This document shows positions 45,996-58,112 of a stretch of 64,000 nt of DNA, in pieces. Source of the DNA: an uncultured Actinomycetota bacterium (GTDB lineage: Bacteria; Actinomycetota; Actinomycetes; Mycobacteriales; SCTD01); the NCBI GenBank assembly GCA_963760125.1, contig CAVXBV010000002.1, positions 109,244-173,243 of the forward strand, given 5' to 3'. The notes under the pieces are model-generated. The model made no database searches. It saw only the letters and a program-made list of their open reading frames with translations, and was not told the origin of the DNA. Positions within the stretch are counted from its first letter, which is position 1. Every line of letters begins with the position of its first letter. A program made the position numbers and the translations under genes.

Positions 45996-47068
45996 GGACG
46001 GTGATCGCCGGCATCGGCGCCGCGGCGCTCCCGCGCTCCGACCTCATGCTCGAGCTCGGCCCGCACCACCCGTCCACCCACGGCTCGCTGCGCCTGCGGC
46101 TCGACCTGGACGGCGACGTCGTGGTGGCCGCGGAGCCGCTCATCGGTGCCCTGCACCGGGGGGCGGAGAAGCTCTTCGAGGCGCGCGACTACCGCCAGGT
46201 GCTCGTGCTCGCCAACCGGCACGACTGGCTCGCGGCGTTCAACAACGAGGTCGGCGTCGCGCTGGCCGTCGAGCACCTGCTGGGCATGGAGGTCCCGGCG
46301 CGCGCGACGTGGCTGCGCACCACCTTGTGCGAGCTGAACCGGGTGCTGTCCCACCTGATGTTCCTCGGCCACCTGGACGTCGAGTTCGTCCGGCTGCGGG
46401 AGCGGCTGCAGCACGTGATGGAGTCAGCCACGGGCGGTCGCCTCCACTACGTCGCCACGCGCATCGGCGGGCTGCTCGAGGACGTGCCCGAGGGGTGGGT
46501 CGGCGACGTCGCCTCCGCGGTGGCGGCGGTGCGTGCGGGCCTGCCCTCGCCGGACCTCTCGCCCTGCACCGGGCTGGGGGTGCTGTCCCGCGACGACGCG
46601 CTGGCGTACGGCGTGAGCGGGCCGGTGGGTCGCGGCTCCGGCCTGGACCTGGACCTGCGGCGTGACGACCCCTACCTGTCCTACGCGGCGCTGGACGTTG
46701 CCGTGGTGACGCGCACCGACGGCGATGCCGCGGCGCGGTTCGCGTGCCTGCTCGAGCAGGTGCACGTCTCGCTCGACCTGGTGCTTGCCTGCGTGGACGC
46801 GCTGCCGTCCGGGCCGGTCAACGTCAAGCTGCCCAAGAACCTCCGGGCGCCCGAGGGCTCGACGTACGCGTGGACGGAGAACCCGTCCGGAATCGCCGGC
46901 TACCTGCTGGTCTCCCGTGGGGCAGTGACGCCGTGGCGCCTGGCGATGCGGACCGCGTCGTTCAACAACGTGTCAGCGCTGCCGGCCGTCCTCCCAGGGA
47001 CGCGCCTGCAGGACGTCGCGACGGTGCTGGCGTCGTTCTTCTTCGTGGTCGGCGACATCGACCGCTAG
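45992..47068 (+). CDS. Orphan NuoD / NDUFS2-like protein (complex I 49-kDa subunit family), shortened (358 aa)
   Basis: [29 protein letters not shown], ...[15 protein letters not shown]..., and C-terminal [13 protein letters not shown] overlap with the methyltransferase stop codon. No other nuo genes are nearby. Confidence 0.8.
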   Translation: MRTVIAGIGAAALPRSDLMLELGPHHPSTHGSLRLRLDLDGDVVVAAEPLIGALHRGAEKLFEARDYRQVLVLANRHDWLAAFNNEVGVALAVEHLLGMEVPARATWLRTTLCELNRVLSHLMFLGHLDVEFVRLRERLQHVMESATGGRLHYVATRIGGLLEDVPEGWVGDVASAVAAVRAGLPSPDLSPCTGLGVLSRDDALAYGVSGPVGRGSGLDLDLRRDDPYLSYAALDVAVVTRTDGDAAARFACLLEQVHVSLDLVLACVDALPSGPVNVKLPKNLRAPEGSTYAWTENPSGIAGYLLVSRGAVTPWRLAMRTASFNNVSALPAVLPGTRLQDVATVLASFFFVVGDIDR

Positions 47069-47082
47069 CCGTCGCGCGTGGC

Positions 47083-47349
47083 TCAGGAGGACAGGTACTG
47101 CACGAACCGGGCCCGCAGCAGGGGCTCGTCGTCGCCGAGGTCCTTGCCCATGAGCTCCCGCACGATCTCGACCGCGTCGGTGATGGACCCGGTGAGCCCG
47201 CCGCCGGACCCGTCCTCGGCCGCGAAGGACGCGGTGGCCCGCAGGTGCTTCACGAGGTCCCAGAAGAAGCCGACGTCGTGCGCGTCCCGCGCTTTGTCGA
47301 ACGCCCGCTGGCGCAGGTCCTCGGTGGTCAGCGCGTCGAAGTCCGTCAT
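47083..47349 (-). CDS. Small acidic hypothetical protein (88 aa)
   Basis: High-GC3 ORF with an ATGA overlap with the upstream DUF3180 gene. I did not recognise a family. Confidence 0.5.
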   Translation of the reverse strand: MTDFDALTTEDLRQRAFDKARDAHDVGFFWDLVKHLRATASFAAEDGSGGGLTGSITDAVEIVRELMGKDLGDDEPLLRARFVQYLSS

Positions 47350-47792
47350 GCCTCGAACCTAGCGTCCGGGGTGCGGCAGGCCCTCTCGAGCAGCAGCGCC
47401 GCGACCACCAGGAGCAGGCAGGTGCCGGCCGAGGCCCCAGCGACGACCGCGTCGTGCGAGGCCGAGCGCAGTCGGCCGCGCTCGCCGAGCACCCAGAGCA
47501 GATAGCCGCCGTAGAAGCCGACGAGCAGCGCGCCCCCGGCCGACGAGGCCTTGGCCAGCACCGCGGCACGGGCCACCTGCAGCGGGTGCATCGGCCGACC
47601 AGGGGACCGCCCGCGCACCTTGCGCCACACCACCCGGGCAAGCACGCCCTCGAAGCCGGCCATCAGCAAGGCGGTGATCGCGGCGTACGTCGGGAGCTGG
47701 AGGTCCTGGTACGCGGCGTCCGCGAGCAGCCAGCCCAGCACCGCGGTGACCGCCGCGAGGCCGAGCAGGGTGGTCCAGCGGGTCGGCGTCAC
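47346..47792 (-). CDS. DUF3180 membrane protein (fol-cluster associated, Rv3605c-type)
   Basis: Four TM helices (WTTLLGLAAVTAVLGWLLA...). GTGA overlap with the folK stop codon. Confidence 0.65.
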   Translation of the reverse strand: MTPTRWTTLLGLAAVTAVLGWLLADAAYQDLQLPTYAAITALLMAGFEGVLARVVWRKVRGRSPGRPMHPLQVARAAVLAKASSAGGALLVGFYGGYLLWVLGERGRLRSASHDAVVAGASAGTCLLLVVAALLLERACRTPDARFEA

Positions 47793-48241
47793 AGGTCCAG
47801 GACCGCCGACACCAGACGCACGGACGAGCGGTCCACCGTGAGGTCCGCGACGCGGCCGAACCCCGGGAGCACGGCGTCGGGATCGACGTCCAGCCACGGC
47901 ACCAGCACGAACGCGCGCTCGTGCGCGTGCGGGTGCGGCAGGACGAGAGCGGGATCCGACCCGTCGGCCCAGACCACGTCGACGTCCAGGGTTCGGGGTC
48001 CCCACCGGACGTCGCGCTCCCGCCCCGCAGCCGTCTCGGCGAGGACGGCCCGGCGCCAAGCCTCGGCGGCGTCGTAGGAGCACAGCGCGATGAGGTTGAG
48101 GAAGTCGTCCTGCTCCACACCACCCCAGGGCGCGGTCTCGTACACCGGCGACACGGCCACCGGGGACAGGACCTCGAGGGCGGCGCGGAGCACCGACAGC
48201 CGGTCCCCGACGTTGGACCCGAGGGACAGGACGGCGGTCAC
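47789..48241 (-). CDS. folK: 2-amino-4-hydroxy-6-hydroxymethyldihydropteridine diphosphokinase
   Basis: AVLSLGSNVGDR...YETAPWGG..QDDFLN...RWGPRTLDVD...HPHAHERAFVLVPW. Confidence 0.93.
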   Translation of the reverse strand: MTAVLSLGSNVGDRLSVLRAALEVLSPVAVSPVYETAPWGGVEQDDFLNLIALCSYDAAEAWRRAVLAETAAGRERDVRWGPRTLDVDVVWADGSDPALVLPHPHAHERAFVLVPWLDVDPDAVLPGFGRVADLTVDRSSVRLVSAVLDL

Positions 48242-48594
48242 GGACGGACCACCGTGACGGCTACGTCGGTGAAGACCAGCGGGATGGGTGCGGACGGCTT
48301 GTGCACCGTCACCTCCGCGCAGAGGACCCGGGCGTCGAGCAGGCAGACGTCGGCCAACCGCGAGGCCAGCGTCTCGATCAGGTCGACCGCCTCGCCCTCG
48401 ACCACCGCGGCCAAGCGCGCCGCCAGGTCCCCGTAGTCCACGGTGTCGACCAGGTCGTCCGACGCGGCGGCGGCGCGTGCGTCCACGTGCAGCACGGCAT
48501 CGATGACGAAGTCCTGACCGTCCCGGCGCTCCTCCGGCAGCACTCCGTGATGCCCCCGGACGCGCAGGCCCGTCAACGCGATCCGGTCGGTCAT
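48238..48594 (-). CDS. folB: Dihydroneopterin aldolase
   Basis: DRIALTGLRVRGHHGVLPEERRDGQDFVIDAVL...TVDYGDL...VTVHKP. Confidence 0.92.
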   Translation of the reverse strand: MTDRIALTGLRVRGHHGVLPEERRDGQDFVIDAVLHVDARAAAASDDLVDTVDYGDLAARLAAVVEGEAVDLIETLASRLADVCLLDARVLCAEVTVHKPSAPIPLVFTDVAVTVVRP

Positions 48595-48986
48595 GAGCGC
48601 AGCACCGGCGAGCCGTGGTGCACCTGCAGCCGCCACCCGGACGCCCGGCGCACGAAGACGTTGGTCGCCACGACCGCGGCGTTCTCCCCGACGTCGGGCG
48701 AGGTGAGGACGTTCTCGGTGCACGTCACGACAGCGGTCTGCCCCGTCACCGCCACCTGAACATCGGTCAGGAAGAACTGGATGTAGTCGGTCCCCGCCAT
48801 CACCGCCGACCAGGAGCGCAGGACGCTGGCCCGACCTCGCAGCATCGGCCACCCGGGGTGGACGCAGACGAGCGCGTCCGGCTCCTCGTCGTCCCAGACC
48901 GACTCCATCAGGTCGACGTCCCCGGTCTCGAAGGCCCGGTAGAGCGCAGTGTTGGCCGCCTCCACCGCCGCGGCGAGGTCAGGCAC
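48591..48986 (-). CDS. NTF2-like (SnoaL / DUF4440-type) protein inserted between folP and folB
   Basis: AANTALYRAFETGDVDLMESVWDD...VCVHPGWPMLRGRASVLRSW...VFVRRASGWRLQVHHGS. The GTG start overlaps folP by 8 nt, and there is an ATGA overlap with folB. Confidence 0.65.
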   Translation of the reverse strand: MPDLAAAVEAANTALYRAFETGDVDLMESVWDDEEPDALVCVHPGWPMLRGRASVLRSWSAVMAGTDYIQFFLTDVQVAVTGQTAVVTCTENVLTSPDVGENAAVVATNVFVRRASGWRLQVHHGSPVLRS

Positions 48987-49764
48987 CGAGACGCTCCACG
49001 ACCCGCAGCGCGTCGGCCGTCGACGCCACGTCGTGCACCCGCACCCCCCAGCAGCCCTGCTGCGCTGCGACCACCGACAGTGCCGTGGTCGCCGCGTCGC
49101 GGCCGATCGGCTCGCGGCCGTCGAGCAGCGCGCCCAAAAAGGCCTTGCGCGACGTTCCGAGCAGCACCGGCCCGAGGGCTTGGAGTCGCGGGAGAGCCTG
49201 CAGCAGCGCCCAGTTGTGCTCGGCCGTCTTGGCGAAGCCGATCCCGGGGTCCACCACGACCTCGGCGATCCCCGCCGCGGCGCAGGCGTCCACCCTCGCC
49301 GCCAGCTCAGCGCAGACGTCAGCGACGACGTCGGCGTACACCGCCCTGGACTGCATGTCTGCGCTGTGGCCCCGCCAGTGCATCGCGACGAACGGCACCG
49401 CCGCCGCGGCCACCGCAGGAAGCATCGCAGGATCCGCGAGGCCCCCGCTGACGTCGTTGACGAGGACCGCGCCGGCGGCGACCGCGCTGTCCGCGACCGA
49501 CGCGCGCATGGTGTCCACCGAGCAGCGAACACCCTGCTCGGTCAGGGCCCGGATCACGGGGACGACGCGGCCGGCCTCGACCTCGGCGGTGACCCGTTGG
49601 GCTCCCGGCCGAGTCGACTCGCCGCCAACGTCGACCAGGTCAGCCCCCAGCGACTTCAGCCGCAGGCCGTACGCGATCGCCGTGTCGACGGTGTCGTGGT
49701 CCCCACCGTCGCTGAAGGAGTCAGGGGTGACGTTGAGAACCCCCATCACCAGGGTCGAACCCAT
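48979..49764 (-). CDS. folP: Dihydropteroate synthase
   Basis: VMGVLNVTPDSFSDGG...DVGGESTRPGA...VNDVSGG...DPGIGFAK...LLGTSRK. Confidence 0.95.
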   Translation of the reverse strand: MGSTLVMGVLNVTPDSFSDGGDHDTVDTAIAYGLRLKSLGADLVDVGGESTRPGAQRVTAEVEAGRVVPVIRALTEQGVRCSVDTMRASVADSAVAAGAVLVNDVSGGLADPAMLPAVAAAAVPFVAMHWRGHSADMQSRAVYADVVADVCAELAARVDACAAAGIAEVVVDPGIGFAKTAEHNWALLQALPRLQALGPVLLGTSRKAFLGALLDGREPIGRDAATTALSVVAAQQGCWGVRVHDVASTADALRVVERLGA

Positions 49765-49778
49765 GGCGAGCTACGTCG

Positions 49779-51884
<2,106 letters not shown>

Positions 51885-52036
51885 CGATGCGGGGCCGGAC
51901 GCCCCGTCCCTCCTGCCGACAAAGTGGTGGTCCACGACGGTACACCGGGGAACGGGCCGTCACAGGAGCCAACGGTCACCCGACGACCAGGGTTCCGCCA
52001 CCCGGAGCGGGCCACGTCACACGGTCTTGCCGCGGC

Positions 52037-52582
52037 TCAGCCCGCGTAGACCTCGGGGCGCAGCCGGCCCACGAACGGCAGGTCGCGGTAGCGCTCGGCG
52101 TAGTCCAGGCCGTACCCCACGACGAACTCGTCCGGGATGTCGAAGCCGACGTACCGGACGGGGACGTCGACCTTCGCGGCCTCGGGCTTGCGAAGCAGCG
52201 CGCACACCTCGACGCTGGCCGGTCCGCGGGAGCGCATGTTGCGCAGCAGCCAGTTGAGGGTGAGCCCGCTGTCGATGATGTCCTCGACCAGCAGCACGTG
52301 CCGGTCGGCGATCTCGCGGTCGAGGTCCTTGAGGATCCGCACGACTCCGCTGGAGCTCGTGGAGGAGCCGTAGGAGGACACGGCCATGAACTCCAGGGAC
52401 ACCGGGGTCTCGAGCGCACGCGCGAGATCGGCCATGACCATCACGGCGCCCTTGAGGACCCCGACGAGCATGAGCTCCTTGCCGGCGTAGTCCTCGTCGA
52501 TGGCCTTGGCCATCTCGGCGATCTTGTCCTGGATCTCCTGCTCGGAGATGAGGACCTGCTCGATCTCGCCCGGGACCGTCAC
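52037..52582 (-). CDS. hpt: Hypoxanthine phosphoribosyltransferase
   Basis: [15 protein letters not shown]... and [14 protein letters not shown] (PRPP motif). GTGA overlap with the tilS stop codon. Confidence 0.93.
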   Translation of the reverse strand: MTVPGEIEQVLISEQEIQDKIAEMAKAIDEDYAGKELMLVGVLKGAVMVMADLARALETPVSLEFMAVSSYGSSTSSSGVVRILKDLDREIADRHVLLVEDIIDSGLTLNWLLRNMRSRGPASVEVCALLRKPEAAKVDVPVRYVGFDIPDEFVVGYGLDYAERYRDLPFVGRLRPEVYAG

Positions 52583-53478
52583 GTCTCGAAGGCTAGCCGC
52601 CCCCCGATGCGGCGCACCTGCCCTCCCCCCGGGAGCGCCACCGGACCTTGCCCTCGCCAGGCCTCGACCAGCGCGCGGAGCGCGTCGACGTGCGCGCTGG
52701 TCACGGCGCCACCGCACTCCTGCTCGGCCCAGAGCTTGAGGGACCGCGAGCGGAGCGCCGGCGCCAGGGCGGAGAGGACGTCCACGTCAGCGCACGGCGA
52801 GGCCAGCGCGTCGAGCGCGTCGGCGTCCTCCCGCAGCAGCCGGGCGCTGCGGCTCAGCCCGTCGGTGACCTGCAGCCCGTCGAGCAGGCGGCGGACAGCG
52901 ACCCGCAGGAAGGACGGGTCCTCGTTGTGCGGGTCCGCCCAGGGGACGAGCGAGGCGTCCGCGCACGCCTGCACCGTGGTGGAACGCGGGACGTCGAGCA
53001 GCGGTCGGCGGTAGGCCCCGCGGACCGGCGGCATCCCGGACACCGCCCGGGTCCCCGAGCCGCGGACCAGGCCCAGCAGGACCTGCTCGGCCTGGTCGTC
53101 GCGGGTGTGTCCGAGCAGGACCACGCCGCGGTATTCAGCGACCCAGGCGTCGAGGGCGCCGTACCTCAGCCCACGGGCCAGCGCCTCGAGGTTGCCGCCG
53201 GCCGGCCCGGGGACCGGCTCGGCCGTCAGGACGGTGGCGGTCAGGCCGAGACCGGTGCACTGCTGCGCGGCGCGCGTGGCCACCGCTGCCGACCCCGCCT
53301 GCAGTCCGTGGTCGACGACGAGCGCCTCGGACCCGGGACGCTCGAAGGCGAGCGCCGCCGCGAGGGCGAGGGAGTCGGCGCCGCCGCTGACCGCGGCCGC
53401 GACCGGGCCCTGCCACCCCTCCAGGCAGCGGCGTACGGCGAGCCGGATCGCCGCGGTCGCGGGCGGCGGGCCGGGCAC
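52579..53478 (-). CDS. tilS: tRNA(Ile)-lysidine synthetase
   Basis: [14 protein letters not shown] (SGGxDS PP-loop) and [15 protein letters not shown]. The start, GTG 53478, is tentative. Confidence 0.85.
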   Translation of the reverse strand: MPGPPPATAAIRLAVRRCLEGWQGPVAAAVSGGADSLALAAALAFERPGSEALVVDHGLQAGSAAVATRAAQQCTGLGLTATVLTAEPVPGPAGGNLEALARGLRYGALDAWVAEYRGVVLLGHTRDDQAEQVLLGLVRGSGTRAVSGMPPVRGAYRRPLLDVPRSTTVQACADASLVPWADPHNEDPSFLRVAVRRLLDGLQVTDGLSRSARLLREDADALDALASPCADVDVLSALAPALRSRSLKLWAEQECGGAVTSAHVDALRALVEAWRGQGPVALPGGGQVRRIGGRLAFET

Positions 53479-53498
53479 GTCGACGTCAGCCGCTCGGG

Positions 53499-54530
53499 TC
53501 AGGCCGTCGCTGCGGTGCCGCACACCCGGTCGACCCACTCCTGCGGGGCGTGGATCTCGGCGCGGGTCGGCAGCGTCGCGGGCGACTCCCACACGCCGTT
53601 GAACCGCTCCATGCCGACCGCGTCGACGGCGTGCCGGACGAACGCGGAGCCCTCGGCGTACTGCTTGGCCTTCAGGTCGAGGCCGAGCAGCCGGCGCATC
53701 AGCCGCTCCAGGGGGTTGCCGTGGTCACGGCGGCGCTCCTCGAAGCGGTCGCGGATCGTCGCGACGGTCGGGACGACCGACGGGCCGACGGCGTCCATGA
53801 CGTGCTCGGCGTGGCCCTCCAACAGCGACATGAACGCCGTGACCCGGTCCATCACCTCACGCTGCTCGGGGGTCTGCAGCAGCTCGACCAGCGAACCGCC
53901 TCGCGGGCCGGCGGCGACCTGCTTGAGCCGGCCCAGCAGGGCGGCCGGGTCGTCGAGCTTCGAGGCGGTCAGCAGCGCGGAGATCTCCGACCGCACGTGG
54001 TCGTGCAGCCAGGGGACCGCGGTGAACTGCGTGCGGTGGGTGACCTCGTGGATCGCGACCCACAGCCGGAAGTCGTGCGGGTCGACGTCGAGCCGCCGCT
54101 CCGTCTCCACGATGTTGGGAGCCACCAGCAGCAGCCGGCCGGCCCTGCCCGCAGGCTGGAACGCTTCGTACTGACCCAGGACCTTGCCCGACAGCCAGCC
54201 GAGGATCGTGCCCATCTGGACCGCGCTGACCTTGGCGGTGACCGCGGCGGAGACGCGGTTCTGCTTGGCCAGCAGCGTCTCCTGCAACGGCGCGAGGATC
54301 ACGTCGAACCCCTCGGCGTTCGCGCGCGCCCACCCCGGCCGGTCGACCACGGTGGCCGGACCCACGACCCCGTGCAGGCCGGTGACGTCACGGACGTGCT
54401 GCTCGGCCTCGTCGGTGAGGTCCCGCAGCATGATCACGACGTCGGCGGCCTCGCTGAGCGACAGCGACGGCCCGGCTGGCGCGAGGCGCCCTGCGACCGA
54501 GGCGGCCAGGTCGGTGTCCACGACTCCCAT
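53499..54530 (-). CDS. Zinc-dependent metalloprotease (DUF2342 family)
   Basis: HEVTHRTQF (HExxH). Position between dacB and tilS is conserved in actinobacteria. Confidence 0.75.
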   Translation of the reverse strand: MGVVDTDLAASVAGRLAPAGPSLSLSEAADVVIMLRDLTDEAEQHVRDVTGLHGVVGPATVVDRPGWARANAEGFDVILAPLQETLLAKQNRVSAAVTAKVSAVQMGTILGWLSGKVLGQYEAFQPAGRAGRLLLVAPNIVETERRLDVDPHDFRLWVAIHEVTHRTQFTAVPWLHDHVRSEISALLTASKLDDPAALLGRLKQVAAGPRGGSLVELLQTPEQREVMDRVTAFMSLLEGHAEHVMDAVGPSVVPTVATIRDRFEERRRDHGNPLERLMRRLLGLDLKAKQYAEGSAFVRHAVDAVGMERFNGVWESPATLPTRAEIHAPQEWVDRVCGTAATA

Positions 54531-54554
54531 GCCGCCACCGTACGTCCCGACCCG

Positions 54555-55898
54555 TCAGGGGCAACCGCACCCGGCGAGGGTCGCGGCGATCCGGTCCAGC
54601 GCTGCCTGGGCGGCGAGGGTACCCGTGACGGGGAAGCCGTTGGCCGTGAGGGCGAACGCGAGGACGGCGCCGCTGTCGGTGGTCGCGAGCCCGGCGAGGG
54701 CGCTGACGCCGTTGAGGGTGCCGGTCTTCGCCCGTACCTCGCCGGCCGCCGACGACGTGGGCGCCGTCCGGTACCTCTTGGCCAGCGTCCCGTCGAAACC
54801 GGCCACCGGCAGGCCGGACAGGACGGCGCCGAAGCGGTCGTCGGTGCCCGTGACGGCGAGCACCCGGGCGAGGACCGCGGGCTGGATGGCGTTGAGCGGT
54901 GACAGCCCGCTGGCGTCCCGCAGCGCCAGGCCGGCGGCCGCGACCCCTGCTCGACGCAGGACCGGAGCGACGGCCGCCTCGAGCCCGGCGGACTCACCCG
55001 CAAACGTGGCAGGCAGGTCTGCCGCGAGCGCGACGTGCCGACCGAGGGCCTCGGCGAGGTCGTTGTCGCTGCGGGTCAGCATCGACTCGACCAACCGGGC
55101 GATCGGGGGCGAGCTCACCCGGGCCAGCTCCTCCGCCCCGGCAGGGGCGGTCCCCCGGACGACGGTGCGCACCTTCAGCAGCGCAGCGAGCTGGCGCCCG
55201 GCCTCCAGGGCCGGGTCCGCCGCCCTGGGCTGGCTCTTGCCGGTGCCCCTGCGTCCGGCGTCGACGGACAGCGCCGACACCGGAGCGACGTCGCCCGCGG
55301 TGACGTAGCCCGGCTTCCACCCCGGGCCAAGGCGCGGGCCGGGGAACAGGCTGTCGTCCACCACCACCCTGGTGACGGTGCGTCCCCGCACGGCAGCGGC
55401 GAGGGTGGCCAGTCGTGCGCCGGGCAGCGCGTCGTCGACGGGGTGTGCCCCCTCGAGGGTCGGGTCGCCGGCCCCGACGAGGACCAGGTCACCTCCGGCC
55501 CCGGCGAGCAGGCGCGTGTCGAGCGTCGCGGCCGGGTCCAGCACGGACAGCGCCGCCACGGCCGTGACGATCTTCGCCGTGGAGGCCGGGGTCGCGGCCC
55601 GTCCGGCCTCGATCTCGAGCAGCGGGGCGCCGGTGGAGGCGTCGATCACCGAGAGGCCGAGGCGGCCGAGCGCCGGGTCGCGCAGTGCAGGGGCCAGCGC
55701 CCGGCGCAAGCCGGTGGCGCTGGGCGGCGTCCCGGGTCCTCGCGCCACCAGCAAGGGGGTGCGCACCGGGTCGGGAGTGGGGCTCGCGGTCGGGGCGGCC
55801 ACCGGAGCAGCTCCGGTCGGCTCGAGCACGACGTACGTCGCTCCGCCGCCGGCCACGAGGACCGCGGAGGCGCCGAGCGCCAACAGGGCCCTGCGCAC
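54555..55898 (-). CDS. dacB: D-alanyl-D-alanine carboxypeptidase/endopeptidase (PBP4 / DacB family)
   Basis: ATPASTAKIVTAVAAL (SxxK), MLTRSDN (SxN) and AKTGTL (KTG). Start is at GTG 55898 after AAGAGGAG, which gives the signal peptide RRALLALGASAVLVAGG. Confidence 0.88.
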   Translation of the reverse strand: MRRALLALGASAVLVAGGGATYVVLEPTGAAPVAAPTASPTPDPVRTPLLVARGPGTPPSATGLRRALAPALRDPALGRLGLSVIDASTGAPLLEIEAGRAATPASTAKIVTAVAALSVLDPAATLDTRLLAGAGGDLVLVGAGDPTLEGAHPVDDALPGARLATLAAAVRGRTVTRVVVDDSLFPGPRLGPGWKPGYVTAGDVAPVSALSVDAGRRGTGKSQPRAADPALEAGRQLAALLKVRTVVRGTAPAGAEELARVSSPPIARLVESMLTRSDNDLAEALGRHVALAADLPATFAGESAGLEAAVAPVLRRAGVAAAGLALRDASGLSPLNAIQPAVLARVLAVTGTDDRFGAVLSGLPVAGFDGTLAKRYRTAPTSSAAGEVRAKTGTLNGVSALAGLATTDSGAVLAFALTANGFPVTGTLAAQAALDRIAATLAGCGCP

Positions 55899-56010
55899 CA
55901 GCGATCTCCTCTTCCGGACGTGGCGGGGACCACAGTCGTGGACAGGCGTGGCCGCGTCCGCCGTACGGGACACTAGGTGAAACCCCGAATCGCTAGAGGA
56001 GCCACCTGCC

Positions 56011-56532
56011 GTGGAGTTCGACGTCACCATCGAGATCCCGAAGGGTCAGCGCAACAAGTACGAGGTCGATCACACCAGTGGCCGGATCCGCCTCGACCGG
56101 ATGCTGTTCACCAGCACGCGCTACCCGTCGGACTACGGCTTCGTCGAGGACACGCTCGGTGGCGACGGCGACCCGCTCGACGCGCTGGTGCTGCTCGACG
56201 AGCCGACCTTTCCCGGCTGCCTCATCCGCTGTCGCACCATCGGCATGTTCCGGATGAGCGACGAGGCCGGTCCGGACGAGAAGCTGCTCTGCGTCCCCGT
56301 CGCCGACCCCCGCCAGTCGCACCTGCAGGACATCTTCCACGTGCCGGAGTTCGACCGGCTCGAGATCCAGCACTTCTTCGAGGTGTACAAGGACCTCGAG
56401 CCCGGCAAGTCCGTCGAGGGCGCCAACTGGGTCGGTCGCAAGGAGGCAGAGCTCGAGGTCGTCGCCTCGCAGCAGCGGTTCATCGCCAACCCGCACGCCA
56501 TCGACCACTCGGGCGACCCCGACCACAAGTAG
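56011..56532 (+). CDS. ppa: Inorganic diphosphatase (family I)
   Basis: [14 protein letters not shown]...[24 protein letters not shown]. Confidence 0.95.
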   Translation: MEFDVTIEIPKGQRNKYEVDHTSGRIRLDRMLFTSTRYPSDYGFVEDTLGGDGDPLDALVLLDEPTFPGCLIRCRTIGMFRMSDEAGPDEKLLCVPVADPRQSHLQDIFHVPEFDRLEIQHFFEVYKDLEPGKSVEGANWVGRKEAELEVVASQQRFIANPHAIDHSGDPDHK

Positions 56533-56550
56533 GGGTCATCCCTGGGTGGC

Positions 56551-57021
56551 TCAGACCACCTTCGCGCCGTACATCGTCCCGAGCGGCTCCGCGAGCAGCT
56601 CGAGCCGCTCACCGTCCGGACCGCGGAAGTACAGCGACGTCCCGCTCTCCTCGACGGCCTCCACGCCGGCGTCGCGCAGGCGCGCCCGCGCGCCCTCCCA
56701 GTGCTCCCGGGTGATGCTGATGGCCAGGTGGTGCAGCCCGCCGAGCACCTCGGCGTACTCCCCGAGATCAAGGCCCGGCAGGTCGAAGTAGGCGAGCGCG
56801 TTTCCATTGCCGGTGTCGAAGAAGAAGTGCGTCGAGCCTTCGTAGTCGCGGTTCTCCTGCACCTCGGTCAGCGGAAAACCGACGACGTCCTGGAAGAACC
56901 GGACCGTCCGCTCGGCGTCGCTGCTCAGGAGCGCGACGTGGTGGATGCCCCGCGCGACCGACGGTGGGTGGTCCGGGTGCAGGTGCTGATCGGCGAGGGC
57001 CTTGCGCTGCGCGGCGTCCAT
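56551..57021 (-). CDS. VOC (glyoxalase / bleomycin-resistance / dioxygenase) family protein
   Basis: GIHHVALLSSDAERTVRFFQDVVGFPL...GLHHLAISI..., a paired beta-alpha-beta-beta-beta module pattern. Confidence 0.75.
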   Translation of the reverse strand: MDAAQRKALADQHLHPDHPPSVARGIHHVALLSSDAERTVRFFQDVVGFPLTEVQENRDYEGSTHFFFDTGNGNALAYFDLPGLDLGEYAEVLGGLHHLAISITREHWEGARARLRDAGVEAVEESGTSLYFRGPDGERLELLAEPLGTMYGAKVV

Positions 57022-57050
57022 GCCCTCGACCGTAACGCCCCGACCGTGAC

Positions 57051-57083
57051 GAAGGCCCCGCCCTTGTGCAGGACGGGGCCTTC
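57051..57083 (-). terminator. Stem-loop terminator after the small membrane-protein gene
   Basis: GAAGGCCCCG-13 nt-CGGGGCCTTC. Confidence 0.6.
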
Positions 57084-57105
57084 GACCGTTTCAGGCCGTA
57101 CGGCG

Positions 57106-57438
57106 CTACGCAGCGCGCAGGGCCGGAGCGAGCTCGATCGGCGCGTCACCGGCGCGGTGGCTGATCGCCAGCACCAGCGAGCGGACGAACTCACCACCGC
57201 CGACGAGCGCGAGCCCGGTCATGACCGGCTGCATCCACGACTCGCGGAAGCCCTGGCCGTAGGCCGAGAAGACCGAGTAGTCGAGGGCCCAGGCGAAGCC
57301 GATGGCCAGGGCCACGCTGATCGTGCGGGTGAGCGCCTTGGGCGCCTTGACGGGGAGCACCTCGTCGATGACCTGCATGACGACGGTGAGTCCGAGGGCG
57401 AGGCCGAGGAAGACGACGAAAGCGTGCATGTGAACCAT
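57106..57438 (-). CDS. Small membrane protein (about 3 TM helices), divergent from the ECF sigma gene
   Basis: MVHMHAFVVFLGLALGLTVVMQVI... Start is ATG 57438 or 57429. Confidence 0.55.
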   Translation of the reverse strand: MVHMHAFVVFLGLALGLTVVMQVIDEVLPVKAPKALTRTISVALAIGFAWALDYSVFSAYGQGFRESWMQPVMTGLALVGGGEFVRSLVLAISHRAGDAPIELAPALRAA

Positions 57439-57550
57439 CCCTTTCCGAGGATGCTGTGGTGCGGTCGGCGGGGGCGATCTGCTCCCGCTCAGTCCTTTGG
57501 ACCCGCGTGTTCCTGCGTGGTTACAGGGCTTTTCATGACAGGTTCGTGAC

Positions 57551-58108
57551 ATGCACGTCGACCCGGTTCTCGTCCGCGCCGTGCAGCGCGGCGAGACGGG
57601 GGCGATGGACGAGCTGATCCGCGGGACCTATGCCGACGTCTACGCGCTCTGCCGCCGGCTCCTCGGCGACCCGGCCGATGCCGCGGACGCGACGCAGGAG
57701 GTGTTCGTCCGGGTGGTCCGCTCGGTGCTCGGGTTCCGGGGCGAGGCGGCGTTCGGCACCTGGCTGCACCGCATCACGGTCAACGTGTGCATGACGACCC
57801 TGCGGCGGCGAGGCGACCTCCGGGCCCGGGGGCAGAGCGCCGGGACGGTCGACGCGGTCTTCGACGACCTCGTGTCCGGTGAGCGGTCGACCGAGGACCG
57901 GGTCGCGGACGCCGACCTGACCCGACGCACCGCGCGCGCCCTGGCCGAGCTCAGCGAGGAGTTCCGCGAGGTGGTGGTGCTGCGTGACGTGCAGGGGCTG
58001 TCCACCAAGGAGACCGCCGAGCTGCTGGCCATCTCCGAGGGTGCCGTGAAGGTACGCCTGCACCGAGCGCACACCCGACTGCGGGAGATCGTGGGGATGA
58101 GAGGGTGA
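57551..58108 (+). CDS. ECF-type RNA polymerase sigma-70 family factor
   Basis: Region 2 (DATQEVFVRVVRSVLGFRGEAAFGTWLHRITVNVC) and region 4 (VVVLRDVQGLSTKETAELLAISEGAVKVRLHRA). Confidence 0.9.
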   Translation: MHVDPVLVRAVQRGETGAMDELIRGTYADVYALCRRLLGDPADAADATQEVFVRVVRSVLGFRGEAAFGTWLHRITVNVCMTTLRRRGDLRARGQSAGTVDAVFDDLVSGERSTEDRVADADLTRRTARALAELSEEFREVVVLRDVQGLSTKETAELLAISEGAVKVRLHRAHTRLREIVGMRG

Positions 58109-58112
58109 GCAG

